This document shows, piece by piece, positions 24,321 through 34,701 of a DNA stretch of 64,000 nt. A program made the translations under genes and the position numbers. The notes beneath the pieces are model-generated. The model was not told the origin of the DNA, did not search any database, and worked only from the letters and a program-made list of their open reading frames with translations. Position 1 is the first letter of the stretch. Each line of letters begins with the position of its first letter. The stretch is taken from the NCBI GenBank assembly GCA_051294375.1, contig CM119265.1:28439141-28503140 (forward strand), in the 5' to 3' direction. This DNA is from Paraspadella gotoi. Lineage: Eukaryota; Animalia; Chaetognatha.

Positions 24321-24941
24321 ATGGAGCCGATTGACAGATACTACGCCACAAAGTATGTTTTCGTTGAATTCTCGTCGACAAACTTTTGCGGCCGGCCGCT
24401 CCGCGTCCGATCGGCCGCATTTTTAATACCGCGCCAATTGTCGATGACGATGGCCCCATCCTCTGCCATGAGCCTCAGAGACATCTCGAATGACGAGTGC
24501 TTCTGGTTTGAGGTGTCGAAGCAAATTGCACTCTTACCAGACTTCGAACTTTCCGATTCATTTTGCAGATGGCCGAAGACCACCATGGGCATGGTGGTTG
24601 AGGACGATGGCAGGTATGCCGAAATGGCCGTCCTCCGCCACCGTGGATCGCCCTCCTGGGACGATTCAGCCATCACGGGAACCTTTGTCGAGGCTTTCCC
24701 GTTGACGCCATGGCGATATGCCCATGAGGATGGGCAAAACTATCTCGATATAAAATCTCCGAGATCCTACGACCCCCATCCGGATTTAATAATATCGACG
24801 ATGCACCTTACTGAGTGCCTTGATGGCTTGATCCACTCAACGCGTGCTGGCGATTTGGCATCATCAGTCAAGTTGTCCTCGGAGATGCTCTTCTTTCTCT
24901 CAAACTCTGTGTTGGAAACTTTGCAGTACAATTCGCCATAA
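24321..24941 (+). CDS. Intronless orphan ORF, 206 aa, unknown function
   Basis: ATG-initiated with globular-looking composition. The frame continues past the TAA. Confidence 0.4.
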   Translation: MEPIDRYYATKYVFVEFSSTNFCGRPLRVRSAAFLIPRQLSMTMAPSSAMSLRDISNDECFWFEVSKQIALLPDFELSDSFCRWPKTTMGMVVEDDGRYAEMAVLRHRGSPSWDDSAITGTFVEAFPLTPWRYAHEDGQNYLDIKSPRSYDPHPDLIISTMHLTECLDGLIHSTRAGDLASSVKLSSEMLFFLSNSVLETLQYNSP

Positions 24942-25281
24942 GGACATAACAACCCTGAAAGAACTTTCGCAGCTAAGAAAATGCTGGACGAAAATAGAAT
25001 GCGGAGTGGCAAAATTACATTCGGTTCCGCTCGCACGTTCATCGCGAACGAACAATGAGCGAAAACCTCATATCCTGTCTGTTACACATATCCGAGCCAG
25101 ACCGTCACGCACGAAGGACTGAAGTTTTCCTGGTCCGTCGCTTCCGAATCGATCGAAAAGCTTTGCTGTAAGTTTTTTTTATAATTTTTTTATTATGAGC
25201 TCGTATTATGTCGCCATTGAAAGCGAAAGCAACTCAATAAAACATGTGGAGTGCCGAGACGCTTCAAACCATCGCAGAATC

Positions 25282-25605
25282 GCTCCTCTTCTCTCTCTTT
25301 TCCTCCTCCCTCCTCATCCTCCTCACGGGGATTCGGGGTCGGGTTCAAGTTTAGGTTCAGTCCATCTTCTCCTCTCTCTCAGACTCTTTCTCTCTCTCCC
25401 TTTTTTTGGACCTTTTTATATTTTCGGATAGAGTATAGAACCCAGATATGAAATATACTTATTCACCTCCCATGCCTTTCCGTTTCCGATAGACGTGAGT
25501 TTTAGTTAGGCCCAGAGCCCACCAGTTAGAGTGGCGCCCTTGTGTCGTCGCTCAAACTTTTAACCACAAAAGACCCCATCCTCCGAGTCCTGTGCTTCTA
25601 CCGGC
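25282..25605 (+). mobile_element. LTR-like repeat (about 250 bp, direct repeat of 31869-32116) followed by a degenerate anti-tRNA-Lys
   Basis: gctcctcttctctc..ggggattcggggtcg..gcccagagcccaccagttagag, then TGGCGCCC..gctc.aa..gagtcctgtg..tctaccg, which aligns loosely to 31691-31750. Confidence 0.6.
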
Positions 25606-25878
25606 AAAAAAAATCTTAACCAACCTTGACTTGAAAATAAGAGCCCCAGAATAAACAAAAATAACCAGGTCCTTGACCCCTCCCCCGAACTTCACCCACT
25701 TTCTCTCTTCGGTCTACGACCTTCTCTCCCACGCCGACATTGACCCGAATTTTCGCCGCCACCTGAACGATTTTTTTTTCTTCTTCTCCCGCCATCTCGA
25801 TTAACCCTGGACTAATTTTCGTCAGACAAGTCACTCTCAAGGTTTACGCCTTTAACACCAAAGGCGCACAAGTAAGAT

Positions 25879-27236
25879 ATGCTTAAAAAATGTCAAAATG
25901 AAATCGATAAAAGTTATAAAGAAAGGCAAGAACTAATGGCTGCTCTTGATTCGTTGAACTCTAAAATAAACAACCAAGAAACTGAGAAAAGTGTCATCCA
26001 AAATAAAGTTGATGCATTGGTTGCGAGAGATGAAAATACTTTCCTTGAGGCGAAAAAACAACTTGATAACTCATTTGCTCAAGTAAAGCAGTCCCAATTA
26101 GCCATAGAGCACAACTTTGTTGCATTTGCTCAGGCCGAGTTTAATATTAAATTTAATGAAGATGAAGATTGTGCGAATTCTAAAATCTTAGAAAGGATTG
26201 CAGATCATAAAAACTACTGCAGGATGCACAATACCCTCAAAAACAATAAAGAGTTCCTCGCGAAACTTCGTGATAAACTAAATGCGGAAGAATCTGTGGA
26301 GGTGAACGTTCCAATCTCTGAACCACGTGAAATAAACTTTTTATGCACTAACACAAACGACAACATTGACACTCCAATGGAGAATACTCAAAATATCCAT
26401 GCGGATGAGTTAGTTTTTCTTTGTGATCAGTTGGAGATTGAGAATGGAGGTGATATGGATGTTGGTGAGTGAGGTTCACTCACAGATTTTAAACAAACTC
26501 AAAGATGTCGACGGTAGTCCTGGAGAAGTAGAAAGTGTTAAAAATGCAACGGAATTGGGGGATGGTGTACAGGACTTAATAGAAAGTACAATGGTATCGG
26601 CGGATGGTGTACACAACTTAATAGAAGAATTTTGGTTTTTGTCTCAACGGACATTGGGGGAGACCTTGGAGTAGGTGAAACAAGAATTAATATATTTTAC
26701 GATGGGTCCATTTCCTCTCCATTGGTCCATTTAATTAGAGACCCCCTGTTCTCCGAAACAGTCGCTCACACTGAAGGTGACAATGCTAAGTTATTAGAAG
26801 ACGCATTTAATTGTTCTACGCTATCAACTCCACCTATCACCATGTTCAACCCTGTCCTCTCAGTCGAAGACTTTGGTGAGGTTTTATTTCCTTCTGATAT
26901 CACTTTAAATAACTCGCCGAACCACTCTACGCCAAAGAAAAGTGCTTCCCTCTGAAAATAACAGCGCTATCTAGCCCTAAAACGTCGCCACCTCTAAAAC
27001 GAAAAAACAAATTCCGTCTCAGAAACAACACAGAAAATGAACCGTCGGTGCTTGCTTATCTAAACCGTTGCGACAATCAAGGCAACCTGGGTTTACCTTC
27101 AACGAGTAAAGAAGTTTATAACCTAAGCAACGCTGTTGAGTATTATTCTACTAGTCTTAGGAGTGGCGAAGACGATTTGGGGGCTGGCGATGACCTAATT
27201 AAAGAAGCGTTAGCTTCATCAAAAATATCTGGTTAG
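25879..27236 (+). pseudogene. Coiled-coil then acidic ORF chain directly downstream of the PBS (possible gag/ORF1-like)
   Basis: 197-aa ORF with heptad-like K/E/Q/L character, followed by frame-shifted acidic pieces at 26423-27236. Confidence 0.35.
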
Positions 27237-27818
27237 TGAGTTAATAAACATTAATATAATAATAATTATATGTAAAGAATTTAAGTTAAGCAGTGTTGAA
27301 AATGAACTTTTGTATTTATTTCGGTTGCTTTACTATTATTTTATTTATAAAAAAGTTTTTTTTATAAATATGATACAGTTGTTCTTTTTTTTGTCTAGTA
27401 ATAATAGTGCCCATAATGTTTTTAAAAAATGTAAAAAGCTAATTTAATTAAATTAGTCAATTTTTTTATGAAATGTAAAGTGCAAATCTACAAGAAAGGA
27501 AAATTTTTATTTAACTTTTACCTAATATGCAAAAAACATTGCAATTTTCTCCGGAGTATAAAAAATGATGAGACATAAAAAAATGAAAAGGTTGAAAGAA
27601 TGTTTTATAAGATTAAAAAGATTGGATTAATAATTATCTCAATATCTTTTGATTTATCTTTTTTAATTTAAATAAATGTTAAGGTAACTCAAATGTATTT
27701 ATTTGTTTATTTTTAAGCTTAAATAACTACGGGAACAAATAAATAGTTTTTAGTGGGTAATGCACTTATGATGTAAACCATAATTAGTTTTTTAAACCAA
27801 TTTTCTCTTTTCTTTAGA

Positions 27819-28603
27819 AAACAAATTTTATAGATGGATAAAGATTGGAACATATTATTTGAGATGGACATTTAAGGTTAACATTAAGGTGAGCAAATTT
27901 TCATGTATTGAAGATATAATTATTCTTTGAAATAATATTAATACTCGATTTTTTGCTCAAAGGTATCATGTTTTTAAAATGGGGGATAATATAAAGGTGA
28001 GCAAATAATTGTGTATTAATCATTCTTAATATTAATACATAGTTTTTTTTGCTCAAAGGATTGTTTATGGATCGTGTTGGTATATCAAAGGGATATTAGA
28101 AGACTTTCGCCGGGGATATCGTTATTAAAGACTCAATAGACATTTTGTACAGATTTAATTTGTCCTTTTGTTTGAAGTATTTTTTTATATTGAACGTTAG
28201 TTTTACATTTTACTTAAAAAATTAGATATCGGATAAAGATGGAGAGAATTGTCAGTAGGTACTGTAACAGGGACGTAAACGTACATTTCCGCAGAATGTA
28301 CGTTTATGAGAGACCCATGAATGTGAAATTGGATGAATTTACAGTCCCAAAGACCTGGTCTTCGGGATTGATTCATCAAAAGGATAAGATTGACATCGAC
28401 ATGAGCAAGGACAAGCTATACAATTACAGGCTTCCGACTCAGGAAGCCTTATAGTCCATGGTGGCCTCGTGGCCGACTAAACTTTTCGGGATCGTGTACA
28501 AGGAAGACTGGGAATGTACAAAAGCTACATTCCTAACCCCACCCAGACACCAAGTAGACACTTGGGTCTGGGATACTTTGCCCGAGATGGCAACCTGTGC
28601 TTA
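27819..28603 (+). pseudogene. Decayed multi-exon orphan gene
   Basis: Short exon-like pieces with gtgagc..caaag introns, then ORF 28239-28454, which continues past a TAG. Confidence 0.25.
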
Positions 28604-29488
28604 GGATGGCATGGGATGGCATCGTGCATGTGCGAAGGTCAAAGGTGAGTCTCAGTGCATGGAAAAGCGTAGATGGCAAGCGTGTCAACATGGGGGGAAA
28701 CTAACATCATGCACATAATTAAAAACAACGAATAAAGTCAATTACAAGTCATCAAACAGTAACATCAAGTACAAATCAGAAAAAAAAGGGGGGGGAGGAT
28801 CATCACAAACGGGGACAACGTCAGATCACATCATTGGCAAGCTCAGACGATCAAACAAATTATCACAAAAAGATGGGAAGCAGTATCACCAGGGGCACCA
28901 TAGGTATCATCATGAAAAAAAAAAATATCACAATCATCATTAATATAAGCAACATCATAAGCATAAAAAAAAACAAAAAACATAAGAGAAAAAAAATATA
29001 TACGCAAAAAAAATTCAATGATTCAGTGGATGCTGGGTGCCTGTGCGGAGCGTTATATTCATCCCCTATGTATCCTGGTCATTGGAGGCTGAAGGCGGGG
29101 GGCGTGACCAGCGCATGCGTAATATAGGTGCGTAAATAGTTTTTTTTTATTTTGAAGATTTTTTTGCGAGGCTCAGCCGCCTCCTTTTCTCTGCATTCTA
29201 ATGGACTACGTCGTCGGTCATGGGATTGTAGGGCGTGGCCCGGAAGTGGGCGCGGCTCAGAATCCGAAGTGCCTCGGGAGGGCGAGGGCGTCTCAGGGAA
29301 CGGCGAGAGCGCTCCCAAGCTCAAACTGATGCGGCTTCCCGCTGTGCGGTTCCAGCTGGTCGAGGCAGAGCTCGACTTCCTCCAAGCGGGCGAGGATGGC
29401 GTTCAACGACACAAGATTATTCTTGACGACCTCTTCCACGTCCGTATTTCCGTTCTTCTGCCCTCCGATTTCGCCGCAGCCGGCCATC

Positions 29489-30058
29489 ATGTCCTTATCA
29501 AGCGTCAGCACCATGGAACGCTCGTCGCGAAAGCGCTCATGGCGCCCACGCCAGTCCTCCTCGGAGCCCGACGTCGCGCCAAAGAAAGCCGTCGGTCACC
29601 ACCATCGCCAGAAAGGGGGCGACGTTTCTTCAAAGGCAACGTCTCCTAAGCCAAAGGCGTCAAAGGCGCGCCTCTCGCCGGTGACGGCGCCAACACCGGC
29701 TCCCGTCGCTCCGTCGACCACCAAGAAGGCGCCTGGCAAGTTGGGGCGAATCCCCAAAAAGACAAAGGCTGAAGCGAGTGGGAGCTCAGCTCGCCCGGCG
29801 TCTCCTACACCGCGCGGCGAGGCGCGGCGCCGCTCTCCACCGCGGTCGCAATCACCGCGAGCCGAACCGGCGCCCTTCAATGCCGCGGAGGGGGCGCATG
29901 CGGCCGCTGCTGCCCTGGCCCGGTGGCGTCCATGCGCCGACCGCCACCGGTATTCTAGCGATTGCCGGGTGGTCGGGTCGCTATATCACCCCGTCTGTCA
30001 TCATAAGCAGACGCCACGCGGCGGGCGTCGCGGTGGGCGTGGCCCATATCGGAACTAG
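29489..30058 (+). CDS. Basic Ser/Arg/Lys/Pro-rich protein with C-x9-C-x10-CHH and an RGG tail (paralog 2)
   Basis: FNAAEGAHAAAAALARWRPCADRHRYSSDCRVVGSLYHPVCHHKQTPRGGRRGGRGPYRN aligns with paralog 1. Confidence 0.6.
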   Translation: MSLSSVSTMERSSRKRSWRPRQSSSEPDVAPKKAVGHHHRQKGGDVSSKATSPKPKASKARLSPVTAPTPAPVAPSTTKKAPGKLGRIPKKTKAEASGSSARPASPTPRGEARRRSPPRSQSPRAEPAPFNAAEGAHAAAAALARWRPCADRHRYSSDCRVVGSLYHPVCHHKQTPRGGRRGGRGPYRN

Positions 30059-30494
30059 AACTAAAACTCGAACTGAAAAGAGAGAGGAGAGGGATGGGAG
30101 GAAAAAGAACTCCCGCGAGCTCGACGGAGAAGAGGATGAGGAAAGGGGAGGATGACGATGCCTTCGGCTGAACCCCTCCTCCTCATCGGTTTTATTTAGT
30201 TACATTATTAAATTGACATTAATTGTGACATTTATAGTTACTTATTTGATTAGATTGATATGTTTGTTTTAGTATTGTATTGATTGATATTGTCGTTATA
30301 ATCACTTGGGTATGTTTGTTTAGTTTATTAGAAATGATAACATTGGTTTATGATTTTTTAATTATAAATCTATATGGTTAGTAGTAAGATTACAAAATAA
30401 TAGCTAGTTATAACCAGAAGTAAATAAGAAATTGGTGACAGTCTTTTTCTAAGTATTCAAAAGTAATTAAGTCATCAAGTAAACTATTCCAAAA

Positions 30495-30730
30495 CTAACC
30501 GGATGTAACCGAGACCGGAGGTGACTGGGACCGGCAGTGGCCAGACCGAAAGTGACTGTGACCAAAAGTGGAAGAGACCAAAACTGGCTGGAACCGGAAG
30601 TGATTGAACCAGAAGTATTGGGGTTTCCCAATAAAAGTAATGACGTCATCGATCTATATATAGAATGTTGACATTATCTCAGAATGTGTGAAGTCATCAG
30701 GGCGTGACGTCATCAGCTAGACCGGAAGTT
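30495..30730 (+). promoter_or_regulatory. Degenerate array of ACCGGAAGT-like motifs plus TGACGTCA palindromes
   Basis: accggatgt, accggaggt, accggcagt, accgaaagt, accaaaagt, accggaagt (twice), accagaagt; tgacgtca near 30641 and 30706. Confidence 0.4.
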
Positions 30731-31299
30731 GGCTCCCAAAGTTACCTTATTCTATCTCTTTATATAACTATTATTTCTTTTTTTCCCACTGATTAATATA
30801 AAACACGCTTTATTTAAAAAAACGGTTGCCTATAGTTATCCTCTTCTTATAACATAGAACTCACTGGGTGAATTTCTATGCTTTCAAAATACGGTAAGAC
30901 ATAATTTCTTTTCGTTAATCATTCTATTTATGGTATCTGCCCTAATTAAGATGAAATTAAAATGATTTTTTATGTTAAGGGCAACTTTTAAAGATTAAAA
31001 TGTTCATCTATAAGGAATAGGCCTCTGTCTCGTCGTCTTCCTCCCCTTCGTCTTCTCGCTTTCTTCTCTCTCGTCTTCAAATTTCACAGCTGCCCCAGTC
31101 CATCCCGGATGTTTCCCGCTCTCTCTAAAAATATCTCTCCTTTTCCCTTTTTTGTCTCTCTCTCTCTTAGCATCTCGACGTTTAAGACCATAAAACTGAT
31201 CGTAAGAAAGGCGTCGGGATTCTCGTTGTCGTTGTTGTCGTTGTTGTAGAAATATTCGGACTTTGAGAGAGGCGTTGCCCCGCGTCGGCCAACATGTAA

Positions 31300-31690
31300 G
31301 GAGCTGATTGGGGGACGGCCGCGTTCCCGACGCGACCGTCCGCCAATCGGGAGACTTGGGCGATTCTCGACCCCCTCCACACGAGCAAAGATATAAAAGC
31401 AACAACTCTGAGGCATCAGGGAGCAGCCTTATAATAATTATTTCTACTCCATCAATTTTGTAAGTGTTCTTCAACACTTTTACTTGAGAGAAATAAACTA
31501 TTTTGCCTTCATTTTGTGAACCAAAAACTTCTTCTAAAATTAAACTCTTCTCCTCTCTCTCCTTTTCCTTTGTAGAATATTTGCTGTGGCCTTAACCCCT
31601 TTTTATTATTACGTACTTACCTTACTTACCTCTTTTACTTGGTGAGAGGGTAGTCAGAACCTATTCTAGCCAGTTATCCTATCTTCAGAG
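31300..31690 (+). mobile_element. LTR-like segment (CCAAT, TATAAAA, AATAAA, U5-like tail); the tail is repeated at 33497-33657
   Basis: ccaat 31343, tataaaa 31392, aataaa 31492. 31550-31690 matches 33497-33657. Followed immediately by TGGCGCCCAA. The 5' boundary is uncertain. Confidence 0.55.
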
Positions 31691-31766
31691 TGGCGCCCAA
31701 TGTGGGGCTCGAATCCACGACTCCGGGATTAGGAGTCCTGTGGTCTACCGACTGAGCTAACCGGGT
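31691..31766 (-). tRNA. Full-length 76-nt tRNA-Lys(CTT)-derived pseudo-tRNA with encoded CCA (anticodon now CCT)
   Basis: Minus strand: ACCCGGTTAGCTCAGTCGGTAGACCACAGGACTCCTAATCCCGGAGTCGTGGATTCGAGCCCCACATTGGGCG-CCA. Colinear with animal tRNA-Lys(CUU), with one mismatch in each stem, so probably non-functional. Confidence 0.8.
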
Positions 31767-31868
31767 CTCTAACCTGGGTCTCTTATCTCTTATCCTTCTC
31801 TCTCTCTCTATCTCTCTTTCGCGTGTTCTTTCCAGAATCGAAGGCCGGTAGACGTCGCGGGTCTACAG

Positions 31869-32116
31869 CTCCTCTTCTCTCTCTTTTCCTCCTCCCTCCT
31901 CATCCTCCTCACGGGGATTCGGGGTCGCGTTCAAGTTTAGGTTCAGTCCATCTTCTCCTCTCTCTTAGACTCTTTCTCTCTCCCTTTTTTTGGGCCTTTT
32001 TATATTTTTGGATAGAGTATAGAACCCAGTTATGAAATATACTTATTCACCTCCCATTTCCTTCGGTTTCTTCTAGACGTGAGACTTAGTGAGGCCCAGA
32101 GCCCACCAGTTAGAGC
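31869..32116 (+). repeat. Second copy of the LTR-like repeat at 25282-25531
   Basis: Near-identical sequence ending gcccagagcccaccagttagag, here without a PBS. Confidence 0.85.
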
Positions 32117-33496
32117 TTTCCTCCCAAAAAATCTCGAAATTGACGAAACAAAATTTAAAAACAAAAAAAAAACCTTCACTTCCTTTCACCTTCGGCGACT
32201 CTCCAGCAGAATGTCCATCTTCATGGCGACATTCCCGGTCAACGTCGTCATCCTTCTCCTGATCATCTGCAGCGACCTCAATGGGACTAACGACAATCGT
32301 CTTCTCTCTTGCTCTCTCTTCCCCCTATTTCCTTTTCTGTGTAACTCATGACCCCCTTTTTTTTTTGAAAAATAGTTATATATTTTTTTAGTTACAATTA
32401 CAGTTCAAAACAGTGTGTTATTGCATGGATTTCCCGTTTCTATTTTACTGTACAACTTCTCGGAAAGTAAATTTTTTTTAATTTTTAATTTTAGATTTTG
32501 CTTTAATTTTTTTTTTTGAAACATAGATTGCTGGAAGTTTATAATTGCATTGTGCGTTTCATCATTTCGTAGTGTGTTTTATTTTTAGTTCAGTATGATT
32601 CTCAGTCCTTTTTTCCCATTAAATTTCGAATTTTAAAAATTTATTTTTAAAAGTGAAAATTGAAAATTAGTTTTACAGTATGATTTATTGCTAGTTACAA
32701 ATTTATTTTCTTGCCATCTCTTCACGTCAAATTCCTGATTTTGAAACCTTTTAAAATAATTTTTAATATTCATTGAAGCGTTTCTAGTTTCATATTTAGT
32801 GTGTTTTAATTGTTAGTTTTGCTTTAATTCATCTTTCCCCTTTAAGTATCCTTTTGTTTTTGTTTTTTTTATGAAACAACTCCCTTTTTTTATTTTTAAT
32901 TTGATTTTGATTTTGATTGTTTATTTTTTTTTGCAAAAAAAATAAAGAAAAACAAAACAAAAAAATATAAATTTTGACTATTAAAAGTAGCGTGTCTTTC
33001 CCACCCCTTGAGCAATTGTACCCCCCATCCCTCCCCAAAAGCCAACCTCGCTGACGAGACTCAAGGCGACGTCCGGTTCCGCCCTCTCCGACCAGCGCCT
33101 CGTCCAAACCAACCAATGAGGAGCCTAAGACGACATTCCCCCCCACCCCCCAAACATCGCGTCCACCCCACCAATCCGCCTGACCCGGCTGGCGTCCGCC
33201 TCTGCCCCTGACTTTCCACAAGCTCCACGCCCACACCAAGATGATGGCGACGCCCACCTGTGACATTCAAGACCCAAGTGGGCGTCTCTGACCAAGAGAG
33301 GGGCACAAGATAGAGGCTCACCCTATCACCAGGGCCTTCCCTCTCCCGCCGGGCTTCCTCTTCCTCCTCTCAACGTCCCCCTCCTCCTCCTCCTCTCGTC
33401 GCCTCCTCCTCCTCATCCCTGGGAGTGCATCGGGCTTCCTCTCTCTCGGACGGCACTCACGGCGCAAGGGCTACCAAGACCGCGCGATCCCCTTTT

Positions 33497-33657
33497 CCTC
33501 TCTCTCTTTTTCCTTTGTAGTGTATTTGCTGTGGCCTTAACCCCTTTTTATTATTACATCTTTACCAGCAGATGTCTACATATTTACCTTACTTACCTCT
33601 TTTACTTGGTGAGAGGGTAGTCAGAACCTATTCTAGCCAGTTATCCTATCTTCCGAG
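33497..33657 (+). repeat. Second copy of the U5-like tail of 31550-31690
   Basis: tatttgctgtggccttaacccc..ggtgagagggtagtcagaacctattctagccagttatcctatcttc.gag. Confidence 0.85.
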
Positions 33658-34701
33658 CACTTACTTCTACAGTTTTTTTAATTTGCCGATTTTCCAACGT
33701 TCGCCATTTTAAGCTCGTAGAGAAGATAATAGAATTGAAAGAATTGAAACAATTGAGAGTGATTGCCGTGTATGATCTGGCAATAAACTAAACAAAAGAA
33801 TCAGCTGCTCAGCGTTGCCGAGTTTTCCATTTACAACAAATAAGCGGTGATTCATCCTTTTTCTCTCCACAAATTTTATAATAAAAAAATGAGAAAAAAA
33901 ATTAAAAAAACAAATAAATGCAGTTCACAAATGAATAAATGGTATAAACCCAAAAATAGAAGAAAATTATGGAAAATGATTCCTCGTTCTCTTATTGGCC
34001 AATCACATCGAGGATGGGCCAATAGCAAAGCGGTCTCGAGCCTCTATTTCATCTTTAATTTACTCTGTTCGAAAATTGATACCGTCATTTGTATATTTGG
34101 TGTTGCAATCCCTGACTGCTTCCTTGAATATGGCGGCAGCGATGATATTATAGACTTATAAAAATAAAGAAGTTCGTTTTTTAGCTTAATCAACAAAATG
34201 AGGTAATTACCACACTTTTTGGTACAAATTATTTTAGTAAAAACCTAAATACGTACTACAATGTACTTTGAAAGCTCTACTTTCAGATTTAAATTCACTC
34301 AATATCTCCAGTTTTACGTGTGATGACATCGCAATCAGTAGCAATGATGTTGTCATTTTGAAACAGTTCTCCCCTTTCTATGTAATCACAGTTATTTGTG
34401 CATACTGCATAGGAATGTAGGAATGTAGAAAAACGCGTAAAACATAACAAATAAAAAAACAAAAAACAAAGGATTCTTTTTTTTGCCAAAGGCAAAACAT
34501 CCTTTTCAAAGTCTTTGGGAAAAACTTTCATAAAATACTCGTTTCTTTGTCTGTTTGTCTTTGTCTCGTTCTCTTTGTCTCTTTGTCCTTGTCTCTTTGT
34601 CCTCTAATCAAATGTCTCTCTTACTTGATTTAGCACGACTTTCGTCTCGAGCCCAAGCTTTGTCTTTCTTTTAAAGTCCCTTCTTTACCCCAATCACCGT
34701 G

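Noticed and set aside
24321-24941. Possible DEDD exonuclease (YVFVEFSST)
   Set aside because: The catalytic DxE and later motifs are not convincingly present. It needs a profile search.
31691-31766. Functional tRNA-Arg(CCT) gene
   Set aside because: The body is tRNA-Lys-like, with mismatches in the acceptor, D, anticodon and T stems and an encoded CCA. Treated as a retro-copied pseudo-tRNA.
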